Assembly (NCBI GenBank): GCA_964234715.1 | Contig: OZ174282.1 | DNA from: Podarcis melisellensis | Lineage: Eukaryota | Length of the DNA stretch: 64,000 nt | Direction: 5' to 3' (one strand) | Part shown: positions 11,607-24,837 of the stretch, one piece after another | Numbering within the stretch: position 1 is the first letter of the stretch | Layout of the letters: each line of letters opens with the position of its first letter | Made by a program: the position numbers and the translations under genes | Notes under the pieces: model-generated | Database searches by the model: none | The model's input: only the letters and a program-made list of their open reading frames with translations | What the model was told of the DNA's origin: nothing

Positions 11607-13447
11607 TCAAATCCAGCGACTGTACGGCCCAGTTACCTTGGTGTAGGCATAAGAGGACACAGTGATAGCTGAGTTTGTTGGGATGGCCAGGGCCTGCCGG
11701 GTTGGGACAGTGTCTTTCTTCTCCTTCTGCTGGGGCTCAGTGGCCAAGCTGCCTCCCCATTTCCGCTTCTTGCCAAAGGCTTTGATGTCCTGCTGGAGCC
11801 CAAGCCTGGCTGCCTCCTCCTGCCTCGCCCGGGCTCTCTCTGCCAGCTGTTTCATCTTTGCTTCCCAGAGGGCAAGTCCATGATTGGGCTGGTTTAAGTT
11901 CTTGTGCTGGTAGAAGACCAGGGAGATGCGTGTGGGGTGACACCGGTTGGGCTTCTTCAGCGGGGTGGTGGCATGGAGCTCTCGCCTTGCACACTCTATG
12001 AGGATGGAGCCGTGGGCCGGAGCCACTGCCACCCCGCCAATGTTCTCATCCAGAAAGTTGTGTTCACTGTCTGACCACACCTCTTCATCCTCCTCCTCCT
12101 CTTCCTCCTTGATGCTCTTTTCGGGTGTCTCTTCCATGCTGTCATCTAAGCTGAATGAGTCCCATGGCCTTTCTTCCTGGCCAGCATCCAGAAGCATTGT
12201 ACCACCATCGGCTTTCAATGAAGGGAATGGCTTCTCCCCACACACACCTGATGCCACAGAGGTCAATGAGCCAAAGGAAGCCCATGGCCTGCTGGGTAAT
12301 CCTGTGCCCGGCGTAGGAGTCCTCCTGTCATCTGCTTTGGCAGAACCCCAAAGCTCATCTTGAAGTCTGGAGTTTCCCTTGATGGAACCAAAATTCAGCT
12401 GCCCCAAGTTCCAGGGCTTCTCCTGAAGGTTTGAATTCACTGAAAAGGCTGAAGAGTTCTCGTTGACTTTGCAAGGGCTCCATGATTTCCCCAGCACATC
12501 AGGGCCAGGTGGCAAAGGCTGTCCTTCCGTAGGAAACATATTCCACTGCTTTTCCAAGTGGTGGGACTGTGGTAACCTGGTAGCATTTGAGTGGGAACCA
12601 AACAAGCTGGACTTATTCTGTGTGTTTGCATTGAGAACGCCGGCATTGTCATTGGGTGAAAACATGTTCCAAGGGCTCTCAGCATGACTAGTCCTGTCCG
12701 AAGGGGACTCATTTCTGTTGACTTTGTAAGGGCTCCACTGTTGTTCTGGGCCTCCATTCTGAGATGACATGGACAAATCAGATAGGTTCAGATTTGGATT
12801 TTGGCCATTAATAGCAGCCGCTCTCTGAAAAGACTCCATGTGTGACAAAGAGTCCATTGGTTCTTGCTTGATTGTTCGGTGATTGAAGCAGTTTGTGTTT
12901 TGTGCAAATGACAGGGCTTCTGGAGGGACAGAGTTACACCTCTGGGGCACAGCCGTGGGCTTGCCTGAATGCCTGCTGGATCTCTCGTAGGTGCGCTGGT
13001 GGTGGTTTTTGTTTCGTACAGTGGGTGGGATTTCATCCATCTGTTCGGAATTCTTGTAACCATGGCTCAAGTTATTTTGCAACATTTGGACATCAGGCTT
13101 TTTCTCGTAGCTGGTGCCTGCCCAGGGTGCGTTCCTTGTGTCACCGTAATTCAAAAACTGGGAGTGAAACATGTGATTGCTGGAAAATCCATAATACCCA
13201 AAGGATGGAAGAGAGAACTTTGAATGCAACCCATTCATGGAAGGCAGGTTAGGCTGTGCATAGTAGGAATGGTATGAGTAAACACTGTTCATGCTGTATG
13301 GGTCAGAGGGCCTGCAGTTCCCCAGCACCGAGTAGCTTTCCACGACAGCGTTCCCGTTGTACTTGAAATTGTTGTAGTGGTTCTGAGGTTCCACTTTGAT
13401 GGAAGGTTTGACTGACCGCTGGGAATGTCCACTTTTCAAAGGCATAT
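11607..13447 (-). CDS. TET3: TET3 terminal coding exon (C-terminal DSBH half, low-complexity insert, NLS)
   Basis: CAG|AT acceptor at 13447, phase 1. Encodes [39 protein letters not shown] (Fe-ligand His), [12 protein letters not shown] (2OG Arg), KKRK and GPYSRWI-stop. Confidence 0.97.
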
Positions 13448-13889
13448 CTGCAGATGCAAAACAAAAACCAATATTAATTTGCAGAAACAAGATTGCTTCT
13501 TTGGCACAAGACCTTTGAAGATCTGGGCCACTCTTCTGGCTAGCAGACTTTCTGTCCCTTGCCTGAGTGTCTAAGAACACCATTTAGGAGGGGGGAAACT
13601 TAACTAAGTGGCTACACGCACATTGTGATAGTCTGCACTATTCTCCTAAGTGGCAAAATTTGACCACTGCTTGGAGGAAGTGTGGAATAGAAATGAAATT
13701 TGCAAATGAAAATAGTAATTGAGGACAGCAATCTTCCAGGAATGACACATCTACCATTACCAGTCTTTCTCTAAGTTGTGCAGAAAGTGTTTGTTTGCCA
13801 TGCTCTTGAGCAGTGCTTTCCAATTGGTGGTGCCTTTGGAGTAAGTCGGGTGGCATGCAACTAACTCAAAAAATATTGTTCTAAAGTAG

Positions 13890-14035
13890 CATTTCCGGAC
13901 CCGATGCCCTTTGGATATTTGGGACTACAACTCCCATCATCTCCAGCCAACATAGCCATGCCGATATGGCAGTGCAGGCTAGGGCTGATGGGAGTTGTAG
14001 TCCAAAACCTCTGGAGGGTCCCAAGCTGGAAAAAG
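13890..14035. mobile_element. Palindromic hAT-derived MITE fragment
   Basis: GGACTACAACTCCCATCA...TGATGGGAGTTGTAGTCC inverted core, the same family as 31461 and 33778. Confidence 0.7.
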
Positions 14036-14183
14036 CTGATAGAGAGTACACAGGCTGCACAGGAAAAATGGTGAGGCCCAAATGGCCTAGCTAATAATCT
14101 GATTGGCACCCAAGAATATGTCCCAGAATCCTTTGCTTGTGCCTAGCAGTGCCTCAACAGAGACATTGATTAATAAAGCATTC

Positions 14184-14441
14184 CCTTTTTTTTTAAGAAT
14201 AATTTTTTATTAACCGACCAATCACATCAAATAAACCAAATTACATAAATTCCAAATTAAACAGCCAAATTTTAAATTTTTGTTGGGGGTACCCATATTT
14301 CAAGTTCCGAAGGGGATCCAATCAACTTCTTGCTTCTTACTGCTGTTTTAATGTCCACAAATCTAAACTTATGATGTTCACAGTACTATCCAGTCCTTTC
14401 TTACTGTTTTTCCACATCTCTTGTTGTTATTTTCATATATT
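14184..14441 (-). mobile_element. Short retrotransposed 3' fragment (L1-type tail) with poly(A) signal
   Basis: 18-bp TSD TTGATTAATAAAGCATTC at 14166-14183 and 14442-14459; AATAAA (minus strand) at 14206-14211 followed by an A-tract. Confidence 0.75.
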
Positions 14442-14486
14442 TTGATTAATAAAGCATTCTCAGCTTCCAACATCTGTTGCCCTCAC

Positions 14487-14823
14487 CTGCATCCTGCTGA
14501 AGTGGTGGCATCTCAAAAACCTCCTGCTTGATTTTCTCAGGTGTAATCAGCTTCTCCTTCTGCATTTTCTTTTTCTCAGCAGCTGCCTTCCTGGCTTCCA
14601 GCTGCCTCTGCCTGCAAGACTTGGCTGGCTCAGGAAGCTTTCTCACCTCTCTGGGGAAGGAGGTGAGAACCTGGATTGCCCCCGTGTCCACCTTGGCAGC
14701 TTGATTCTCCTCGCTGCCAAACTCATCGGTGGGGGACATTTTATACAGTGGAAGGACATGCAGCTGTTCATCCTCAGGGATCCTCCCAGTGGTACGATTG
14801 TCTTCTTTTGTCAAGGTACACAC
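14487..14823 (-). CDS. TET3: TET3 coding exon (337 nt; [10 protein letters not shown]...[11 protein letters not shown])
   Basis: TAG|GTG acceptor, G|GTGAGG donor; conserved TET motif; phase consistent with neighbours. Confidence 0.97.
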
Positions 14824-15179
14824 CTAAAGAAGTGGCCAGACAACACACAGGGAGTCCCAGTTAGCTACTTCAATGGGGACACACAAAACGGCAAGGCCAG
14901 AGTCTAAAAAGTGACTTCAGGCATGCCTAGAACAATGAGAATTTCAAGATGGCATATCTATTGCCAGATGGTTGAACAAATACTTTCACTTTACCTGAGC
15001 CAATTAATCACGGGTTATACATTTAGGTCAAACTGATGTGATGAGATAGAGCTGTGAATAGTGTAGTATGAATTTATAATATAGACTATGATAGGCAGGC
15101 TACATGTGGGATAAAAAGAGTGTGTGAAAGGATAGGATACTGCTAGGAGAATCTGCTCACTCAGACTGTCTAACGAATG

Positions 15180-16250
15180 TGTCAGGAATGTTTGTTTTTT
15201 TTTGTTTGTGTTTGTGTGTATATATAACAAAACATAAAAAATATAACAGATGGCGAATAAAATGAAATAAAAGTAGAGTGAAATGTAGTATCTAAAGCTA
15301 AACATGAAGGAAAAGATTGCCACACCAAAATCAAACATAATAAATTTGTATCATGAGGTTCCAAGTAACACAAATGGATTTGCATTCTCCCGTACAGTGG
15401 TGCCTCGCTAGACGATAAGAATTCATTCCGCGATTCTCTTCGTCTAGCGGTTTTTTCGTCTTGCGAAGCAAGCCCATTGACAGCTTAGCGGATTAGCGCT
15501 ACAGCTGTCAAGCGGCTTCCAGCGATCAGCTGTTAAGCGGCTTATCAGCGGAACAGCTGTTAAGCGGCTTAGCGGCTTAAGAAAAGGGCGGAAAAAACCC
15601 GCGGGGGATGCAAGATTTTTTTCGTCTTGCGAAGCAACCCCATAGGGAAATTCGTTTTGCGAAGCGCCTCCAAAACGGAAAACCCTTTCGTCTAGCGGGT
15701 TTTTCGTCTTGCAGGGCACCACTGTACCTTTTACTCCACTCCAGCACATTATGAAAAGGCTCCGTTTCAAAATGAAGATGTTTCCTTCTTGTCTACCCTC
15801 TCTAGGTCTCACCATACATGTAAGCTTAACCACACATACTACGTCCCGTATTTTAGTTATCCATTCTCTCATGGATGATGTTCTCCTTTTTTTTTATTAC
15901 CCAGCTTTGACATAGAAATCTTCTGGCAACAGTTAACAGAAGTTTAGTTATGAAGGGAAAGACAATTATCCATCTTTTATTGTATTTCTTAATGTCTCAG
16001 CAGATGCCCTAGGCTTTTTCTTCTCCCAGACGGAAAACTGTCCATAGTTTCGGGCATGCCTTTATTATACTTAGGTCTACTTTGAGTGGAAGATTTAAGA
16101 AGAAGAATAGTATTTTGGGAGGTATCATAATCTTAACTGTTGCCATCTTTTCCATCTAGGAGGTTTGCATTAGAGTCCATCTTTCTCATTTATTTATCAT
16201 GATTATATTTGGCTAGTTTTTCTACCTAAATACCTTATAGGGGGTTCTGT
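15180..16250 (-). mobile_element. Degraded L1-like fragment interrupted by a MITE (approximate bounds)
   Basis: A-rich minus strand, T-tract near 15190 and a degenerate HxWW-like remnant near 15810; weak support. Confidence 0.4.
15395..15724. mobile_element. Tc1/mariner (Tigger-like) MITE
   Basis: TIRs CAGTGGTGCC...GGCACCACTG, TA TSDs at 15393-94 and 15725-26, CpG-rich internal repeats. Confidence 0.85.
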
Positions 16251-16504
16251 GACAATAATGTTTGTGCAGGAGGATTAGAGTTCATTTAGTCAAATGCACG
16301 AAGTCAGCTGCATCTTAAGTTGGCTGATGGAAGCAGTTGTCCAAAGCATTTGGAAAGTTCCATGTTGGTGAAGAACGGCTTACAAGAATCTTAGCAGCTT
16401 TGCTGTAACAGGCTAAGACAGCCACCCCTGTGGAACTTTCCAGAAAGAAATGCAAAAAGGAAAAAAGAAAAACACACACACACACACACACACTAAAACC
16501 AAAA

Positions 16505-16690
16505 TGAGAGCCAGATGTAGTGGTTAGAATGTTAGACTAGGATCTGGGAGAGATCAGGGTTCAAACCTCCAGCCATTTAGTTCACCTGGTGAATTTGTGC
16601 CACTCAGTGCCTCTCAGCCCAACCTGCCTCACAGGATAAAAATATAGGGGGTGGAATCATTTATGCCACCTTGAGCTCCTTGAAGAAAAT
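16505..16690 (+). mobile_element. MIR-like tRNA-derived SINE
   Basis: GTAGTGGTTAGA...GGGTTCAAA A/B-box-like head, core CCTCTCAGCCCAACCTGCCTCACAGG. Confidence 0.65.
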
Positions 16691-16728
16691 GAATGCTGTT
16701 ATTGTATCATTTATGCAATGAATAATTA

Positions 16729-16914
<186 letters not shown>

Positions 16915-17012
16915 TCAAATCACAGCAGTACCTTGGGAAAGACGTATGGTTTGTTTGTTTATATTAATATGTAACTTTTAATATGTAACTTTTAAAACCT
17001 GTTGTCTTCGTC

Positions 17013-17067
<55 letters not shown>

Positions 17068-17080
17068 CATTATTATTATT
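17013..17080. repeat. (ATT)n microsatellite
   Basis: About 22 TTA units with one interruption. Confidence 0.95.
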
Positions 17081-18625
17081 AAATACAAAGCATGAAGTTG
17101 TACAAAACAAAAAAACTCACCTAATTTCCCTAACCCTCCCTCCCCCCACAGAATACAGTCAGGGGTAGAATAAAAATAAGACGATACTAAAGTCACCCCG
17201 GAGTTGACATCAGATGGAGTTTAATTATTTTGTAACAATTGTCTTTCATACATTTTTAATTTTTGTATTTTATCTGTGTCATTTTAATTTGTGTAAGCCA
17301 CCTGGGAGAAAGCGGGCTATAAATAAATGTAAATGTAACAACAGCAGCAACTCAAATGGCTTACATTAAAATAAAATAAAAACAACAAGTAAAAACACAG
17401 CAACACAAATAAAGGCTAAAAACATAGGGAGAGGAGGCAGTACTACAACTCCCGCACCACTAGAAGAGACCAAAAGGCTGGGGGAAGGTAAAAGCCCCTG
17501 CCTCCAATCTGAAAGTGGGCAAAGATGGGGCTAGGCATGCCTCTCTTGGGGGGGCATTTGTTAGAGCTGTAAAGGGACAAAGGGCTAAAATCTGAGGGCC
17601 AAGACAAAAGCAATATCCACACTTTCAATGGACTCCTGCAGTCTTTCTCAACCTGGTGCTGTCCAGACATTTTGGACTCCCATCAGCCCCAGCCACCAGA
17701 GCTACCCTCCCATATGCCCTGGAATCCAACATGATGCTGCCTGGAGCTGATGGGAGTTGCAGTCCAAGACTGGACTGTCCTTGGAAACAAGACTGCACTG
17801 CAGGGGATTGGACTAGATGACCATTTGTGTCCCTTCCAACTCTAGAATTCTATGATTACACAAAGACCTGAACCTTCATTTACCTAGCCCCACCCTGGGC
17901 TCCATCTTTTGTTTGCTCAATATTTTTATACTGCCTTCTTCTAGTGCCAATCTGGTTCCATCAGCCCCAGGCAGTGCTGGCCAATGTTTTGGGAGCTGAG
18001 TTGAGTTCCAACAACATCTCGAAGATAGGAGGCTGGGCAAAGACTGCTGTAAACCAGTCAAACCAGTATACAACGAATCAGAGCATTTCCTGCAACAGAC
18101 CTTGGCAACAGCCTCATAGACAGGATAGGTCAATGGTTCTTAAAGGCTGTGGCAACCAGCAGGAGACGATGGCAAGCGTGGTGGGAAGATTTGAGGACAA
18201 TCAAAGAAACATTTAAACATTTCAGTATTGTATAGTATCATTTATTTATTGCAGAATATGAATAGCTATCTTTTAACATGAGAGCATCAAGTGACGCTGC
18301 AAGCTCACGCCTCTCACTGTGGGGCACATATGAAAGAGGTCCTTTATAATAATATTTTGGAATGACTTCTGTTCTTATGTAGCTGCATTGTTTTATCCTT
18401 TCTGGATGTCCCGTGAGCATATCAAGTAGATGTGTTCAATGTTACCAGTCAAGCACTGCTAGAAGCTGGTCCCCACCCCACCCCCAGCCAAAAATTCAGT
18501 GTGGAACAAGCAAACTTTTATTCTGAAATATGGCCCAGAAAAAAAAGTTTGAGAACCACTGGGATCTATACTTAAATCAGCAGCACAATAATAACAAGAG
18601 CTGTACAGTGGGCCATTCCAGGTAC

Positions 18626-18715
18626 CTGATTTTTGTAGGCCTGGGGTGCCAGCCTCCTATAAAGTGGGGCGACTTCTGTGGCCAGGTCCTGGAAGCTTCT
18701 TCTGAGAACTTCTTC
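18626..18715 (-). CDS. TET3: TET3 coding exon (90 nt; [30 protein letters not shown])
   Basis: CAG| acceptor, CAG|GTACCT donor; matches TET3; not present as a separate ORF in the track. Confidence 0.95.
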
Positions 18716-19612
18716 CTGCAGTGAGAGATGGGAGAGTCATAGCTGCTCATTGATGAGTCAGACTACCTAGTTCAATCTCCTATGCCCAGCAGCCAACAGC
18801 ATCTCCCTGAGGCCCAGAGTCATTTCCTACCTCGCTGTCACCACCTGCGATCCTTTTTCATGGGAGATGCCAGAGATTCATTCAGGTTGGGACTTTCTGC
18901 ACACAAAGCAGGGGCTTTTCTACAGGACAATAGCCTCTAACCCTTTCACCTTTTTTTAATGGATCCATAGTAAAGCATTTCAAAGGAGCTGCATCAAAAA
19001 CTACTGCTGGCAGGGACATTTCCAAAACAAGAGGTAATAACGTTCAAGCGTTTCACCCAGACCCAATCCTTTCTACCAAATATTAAAAGCTAGCATCATA
19101 GAGTTGTAGCCAAATGCCAGTCCTACTCACAGTAGACCCACCAACATTAATGAGCATAGGAGCTGAGGTTCATTCATTTCACTTGATCTACACTGAGCAG
19201 AACTTAGTTGGATGGAATCCATAGTGATCAATAACCTATATTATCTATAGGAGCTGTGAACACCTTTCAAACGAGGAAGCAAGAAATTCATTCTGGAGTA
19301 ATCAGTACAATGGTTACAATTTGTGATGCAGTTTCCCTATTAGTGCCGCCAGCAGCCCCCTCCTTCAGTTCTTAAATATTTTTGCCATTAGGACAAATTC
19401 CAAAACTTTTTCCATCCACTTATTTCTGGTATGGTTTGTAGAGGCTACTTTCCAGCCCTTTCACGTTTACAAGAAGGAAGCAATGACTTGCTTGACCAAA
19501 TGCAAGCAGGTATTTGGTCAGCCTACTTTTGGGGAAGTCTCACATGAACTTTGCCAGAATCCCGTGTCATTGCTCTTCCCCTTAAGAGATTCTGGTGAAC
19601 CCTGGAGCCCTA

Positions 19613-19855
<243 letters not shown>

Positions 19856-20295
19856 TCAGATGCTGTCCACAGCAGCCAAATGCAGCTACTGACCTGTGCT
19901 CTTGCCATTCCCAACCCACTGAATCTAAAGGTGTCAACCACAAATGAGTTGGGAAGGCCAAATCCCCCCATCAGGAGGTGCCCATCAAGGGAGCACAACC
20001 ATAAACCAACACTTGAGCTCTAAAAAGCATTGACTTATAAAGCAGTTAAGGGGATTTCCTTTCCTTTCTAATAATGTGGGAGGTATGGGTTGTGCTCATA
20101 TTAATGTGATGTGAAGTTTATTCCCAAGATTAACTCTTAATGTGCTTGCAACATAGTGCGTTAACTGTTATGTATACCTGTCTTATCAGTGGCTAATATG
20201 TTGCAATATTTTAATGAGCTTAAATCTTATGGTCTTATCTCTAAATAAGTATTCATAATCATGGGAGCTTTCTAACACACATAGCTACGATTTAT

Positions 20296-20351
20296 TGTGT
20301 ACAGGTAACTCACAACTGTGTACAGGTAACAATTTATTGTGTACAGGTAAC
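20296..20351. repeat. Three copies of TGTGTACAGGTAAC, 21-bp period
   Basis: Read directly from the sequence. Confidence 0.85.
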
Positions 20352-20494
20352 ATGTGCAGTTTCAACTTTACCTGGCTGAAGGCTGGCTGGCTAAAACTGA
20401 ACAAACTGAATGCACAGAATGCAGAGAGCTTAAAAGCTGTTTTTGTACAGGGTATTCCCCAGCACAGAAACAGCTTTTAAGCTCTCTGTCTTGC

Positions 20495-22724
20495 AGAGCT
20501 GGAAGAAACGCCTGGTACAGCCTAATAAAGGCCTCGCACAACAAGGACACATCCTGTTTCTGGTGTACCATATCAGGCCTACTGGAGCATTGAGTGGGCC
20601 AATTTGTACTGTTGAACCCTAAGAATGGACGCAGTACTACAGCTCACTTTTCCTAGACCAGGATGCTCAGCTTAATCACCCAACAGTATCTCCAGAAAAC
20701 TTACCAGCTTGACCCCCAGTGTCCATGACTGCGGTAAAAGACCTAATTACGCAGCTAAAAAACAAGAAAGCCCCAGGCATTGATCACTTGCCCCCAGAAC
20801 TTTTGAAGTCCAATATTGACTGGTGGGCACCTCTGCTTGCAGCAATATTCTATCACATTGATTCTTCTGGTTTACTCCCTGACAGCTGGGCCATTGCAGT
20901 AATCATCCCAATATTCAAAAAGGGGCCTACATCGGATCCGGCCAGCTACAGACCTATCAGCCTCTTGACTATAGTTAGTAAATTATATGCATAACACCTC
21001 CACAATAAATTAATCAACTGGATTGATGTTGAGGCTATCCTTGTGAAAGAGCAAGCAGGATTCAGGCAAGGCAGATCTACTATAGACCATTGCTTAATCC
21101 TAGCCTACCTCATAGATAAGTACACCAAGTATGCTGCTTTCATTGATTTGAAAGCTGCTTTTGAATCAATCTCACAAGTAAGACTATAGGCTAAACTGAA
21201 CACCTCAAGCATAGACAAAAGATCTGATTAACTGCCTTTATAAAGACACTGTGCTGAAAGTGCGTTGCTCTACAAATGGCCAACTTACAGGATCTGTACC
21301 AGCCACAAAGGGAGTCAAGCAAGGATGCATTTTAGCTTCGGCACTCTTTAACCTATACATAAATGACATGGTCCAGTGCCTAACATCTCCAGAGTTCCAA
21401 GCCCCTAAACTGGCCTCAAAACCAGTCTCTGTACTATTATATGCTGATGACGCGGTCCTCTTACCCCCAACAAAAATAGGTCTAATAAGATTGATAAGAG
21501 AATTCTCAGTGTATTGCCAGAGAGAACACCTGGTCGTAAACTATCAGAAAGCCAAAGTTATGGTTTTCTCAAGAAAATATAGGCCCCACAGTTGGCGTAT
21601 GACCAACCAGCCAATTGAACAGGTCAAAGCTTTCAAATATTTGAGCCTTATCTTCCAGTCCACGGGGTCATGGGGAGCACACCAAAATGTGCAAAAGAAA
21701 AAGCGTCCCAAAGTGCCAAGACTTTTACTTGCTTTTTCCATACAAAGGGTGGCAAACATATACCATCAGCCCTAGAAGTCTTCTAAACTAAACCCCTAGC
21801 ACAGCTACTATACGGGGCTCAGATTTGGACTGGTAACCACCTTAGCACTTTGGAAGCTGTTCAATCAAAGTTTCTAAGGCAGATTTTTTTCTGTACCGCC
21901 ATGCGTCCCAAACGCATCATTGAGACTGGAGGCAAGTCTCCCTTCAGTAGAAGTACAGACTTGGCAAAGAACTCTTAACTTCTGGCTCCGCCTAAACTCA
22001 AATATCCCCCCCCCCCGCCCCGGTTTACTATCCCTAGTACTTCAAGACTCCCATAAAAGTGTCTGGCTTAAAACCGTTTATGAAAAACTTCACTTTTGTG
22101 GCCTTTCCCCACAACACCTACTCACTATGGGCCCAACTAAAGCAAACAGTCTAATTGGTCAACGTCTAAAAGATATCAAAAATCAGAATAACTTGGCCAC
22201 TATAAGGAAATTCTACCCCTTGGTATGTTCATTTTCCACCTCTCCATTTTCATTCTCTGGCCCCATTTCTGCACAAACGTATTATCCCAAAATACAGACG
22301 TGCTTTTACACTTGCAAGACTGGACGTTTTGCCATCTGCGGTACTTGAGGGTCGTTTCCAAAAGATCCCGCCTGAGAAACGTCTTTGCCCCTGTGGAGAC
22401 GGTAGCACCGAAACAGCGGCACACGTCCTCCTGTCCTGTACTCTCTACAAAGACCTGAGGAACAAGATCATCACCCCACTCGTACTAACCATCCCAGGGC
22501 GCTCAACCACTGCCACAATGTCCTTTCTTCTATCAGATCAAAATGAGCAGACAACAGCAAAGGTTGCTAGGTTCATAGCAGGGGCAATCAGAATAAGGGC
22601 CACTAACTGACAGCTGATTCAGGACTTTAAATTGTGCTCTTATATCAAATTTCCTTTTCTGCGTATACTGTAATGTTTTACTGTTGCTATGGCCACTGGC
22701 TAATGCGAATAAAGTCTTATTTTA
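20495..22724 (+). mobile_element. 5'-truncated non-LTR retrotransposon (RTE-X-like), pseudogenised RT
   Basis: RT motifs KAPGID, YRPISLL, GVKQGC, LLYADD; C-terminal CPC...H...C knuckle; stops and frameshifts; AATAAA near 22708; 12-bp TSD TCTCTGTCTTGC at 20483-20494 and 22725-22736. Clade assignment is tentative. Confidence 0.85.
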
Positions 22725-23451
22725 TCTCTGTCTTGCTTACGGTCTTGCTTACTCTCTCATGTGGGCTCTGAGAGGCTCTCATGATGTCTCACACATCCCT
22801 ATGAGAGCCTCCCAGAGCTGGTAAGCAAGGCAAAGAACTTAAAAATTAAAAAACCCTTTGCGTTGTGTGGGAGGCTTAAGGTCCATTTGGCACAACAGCT
22901 CCAGAAGGTAAAAGTGCTCTGGTGGGGGCGGTTCCGACGGTGTGGTTCTAGTATTTTTGTCTCATGTCAAGATTGTTGTTTTTTAAAAGAGGATTGCCAA
23001 TTCCCATTATCACGGAATCTGATAATTTTAAGCAGGGAAGAGCTCAAAATGTTGACCTGGAGGGGGCAAGTTTGATATGAACCCAAGCATCTTCCATTTG
23101 GCCCCTAATCAATGGTAGTCAGGGGAGAGAAGGAAGGAGGGAAAGCAGGAGAAACTTGTTAGTTTTTGAGGTAACATGTTCACCTCTTCAGGAGCAGAAA
23201 TCAGGAGTCAATAAAGGACCCGCCTCTCCCCAGTCCAAGGAAACGTTCAGTAAATCAATTCCATTGCTCAGGCAAGTGAGGCAAACTTCATACTGCAGAG
23301 TAAACCATGGGCAAATAAACACACACACACACACAAGCAGAACAGGGCTGTGGTTAGCTGCTTTGTCTCCTCCTGGTCAAGATCTCTGGGAAAATGCTGT
23401 GTCCCACCAGCCTCTTGTCTCCAGCAGCCTAGCCAGGGCTAAAGGAACTTA

Positions 23452-24442
<991 letters not shown>

Positions 24443-24533
24443 CTATCTGAGTGAAACCTCTTCCTGAAAGACTGGAGAAAGATTACTAGGTGGGTTGGGC
24501 TTCCACTTGCCAAATGGCTTTCAAACTAGCCAG

Positions 24534-24837
24534 CAGGGCCGTCTTACCCATAGGCGCTAGGGGTGTGGGGCACCCAGACGCTGGGATCTCAGGGGTGGCA
24601 GGTCAAGAGCCCGAGAGTTGAGTCCAGGGAAGAGCCCGCCTGTCGGTTGGAGCGCCACAGTGGACTCTTCTGCTGCGGGTGGCTCTGTGCTGCAAGTTCA
24701 GGGGCAACCGAGCCAGCAAGACGCTGAGACGGCCAGCCGACTCCACCCTCCTGCGTGCCTAGGACTGGGCAACCTGGGGAGGCAGGTGCCAGGTGGATCT
24801 TTGCACCCCAGTGCCACATATGCTTAAGACAGCCCTG
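24534..24837. mobile_element. Non-autonomous hAT DNA transposon
   Basis: TIRs CAGGGCCGTCTTA / TAAGACAGCCCTG; perfect 8-bp TSD CTAGCCAG. Confidence 0.88.

Noticed and set aside
16978-17196. Poly-Ile ORF (and the poly-Ala ORFs at 44166-44616)
   Set aside because: Translation artefacts of (ATT)n and (GCT)n microsatellites.
20719-22610. Functional or domesticated reverse transcriptase gene
   Set aside because: Multiple stops and frameshifts, 5'-truncated with no endonuclease. The L1, L2 and CR1 ORF fragments are likewise dead.
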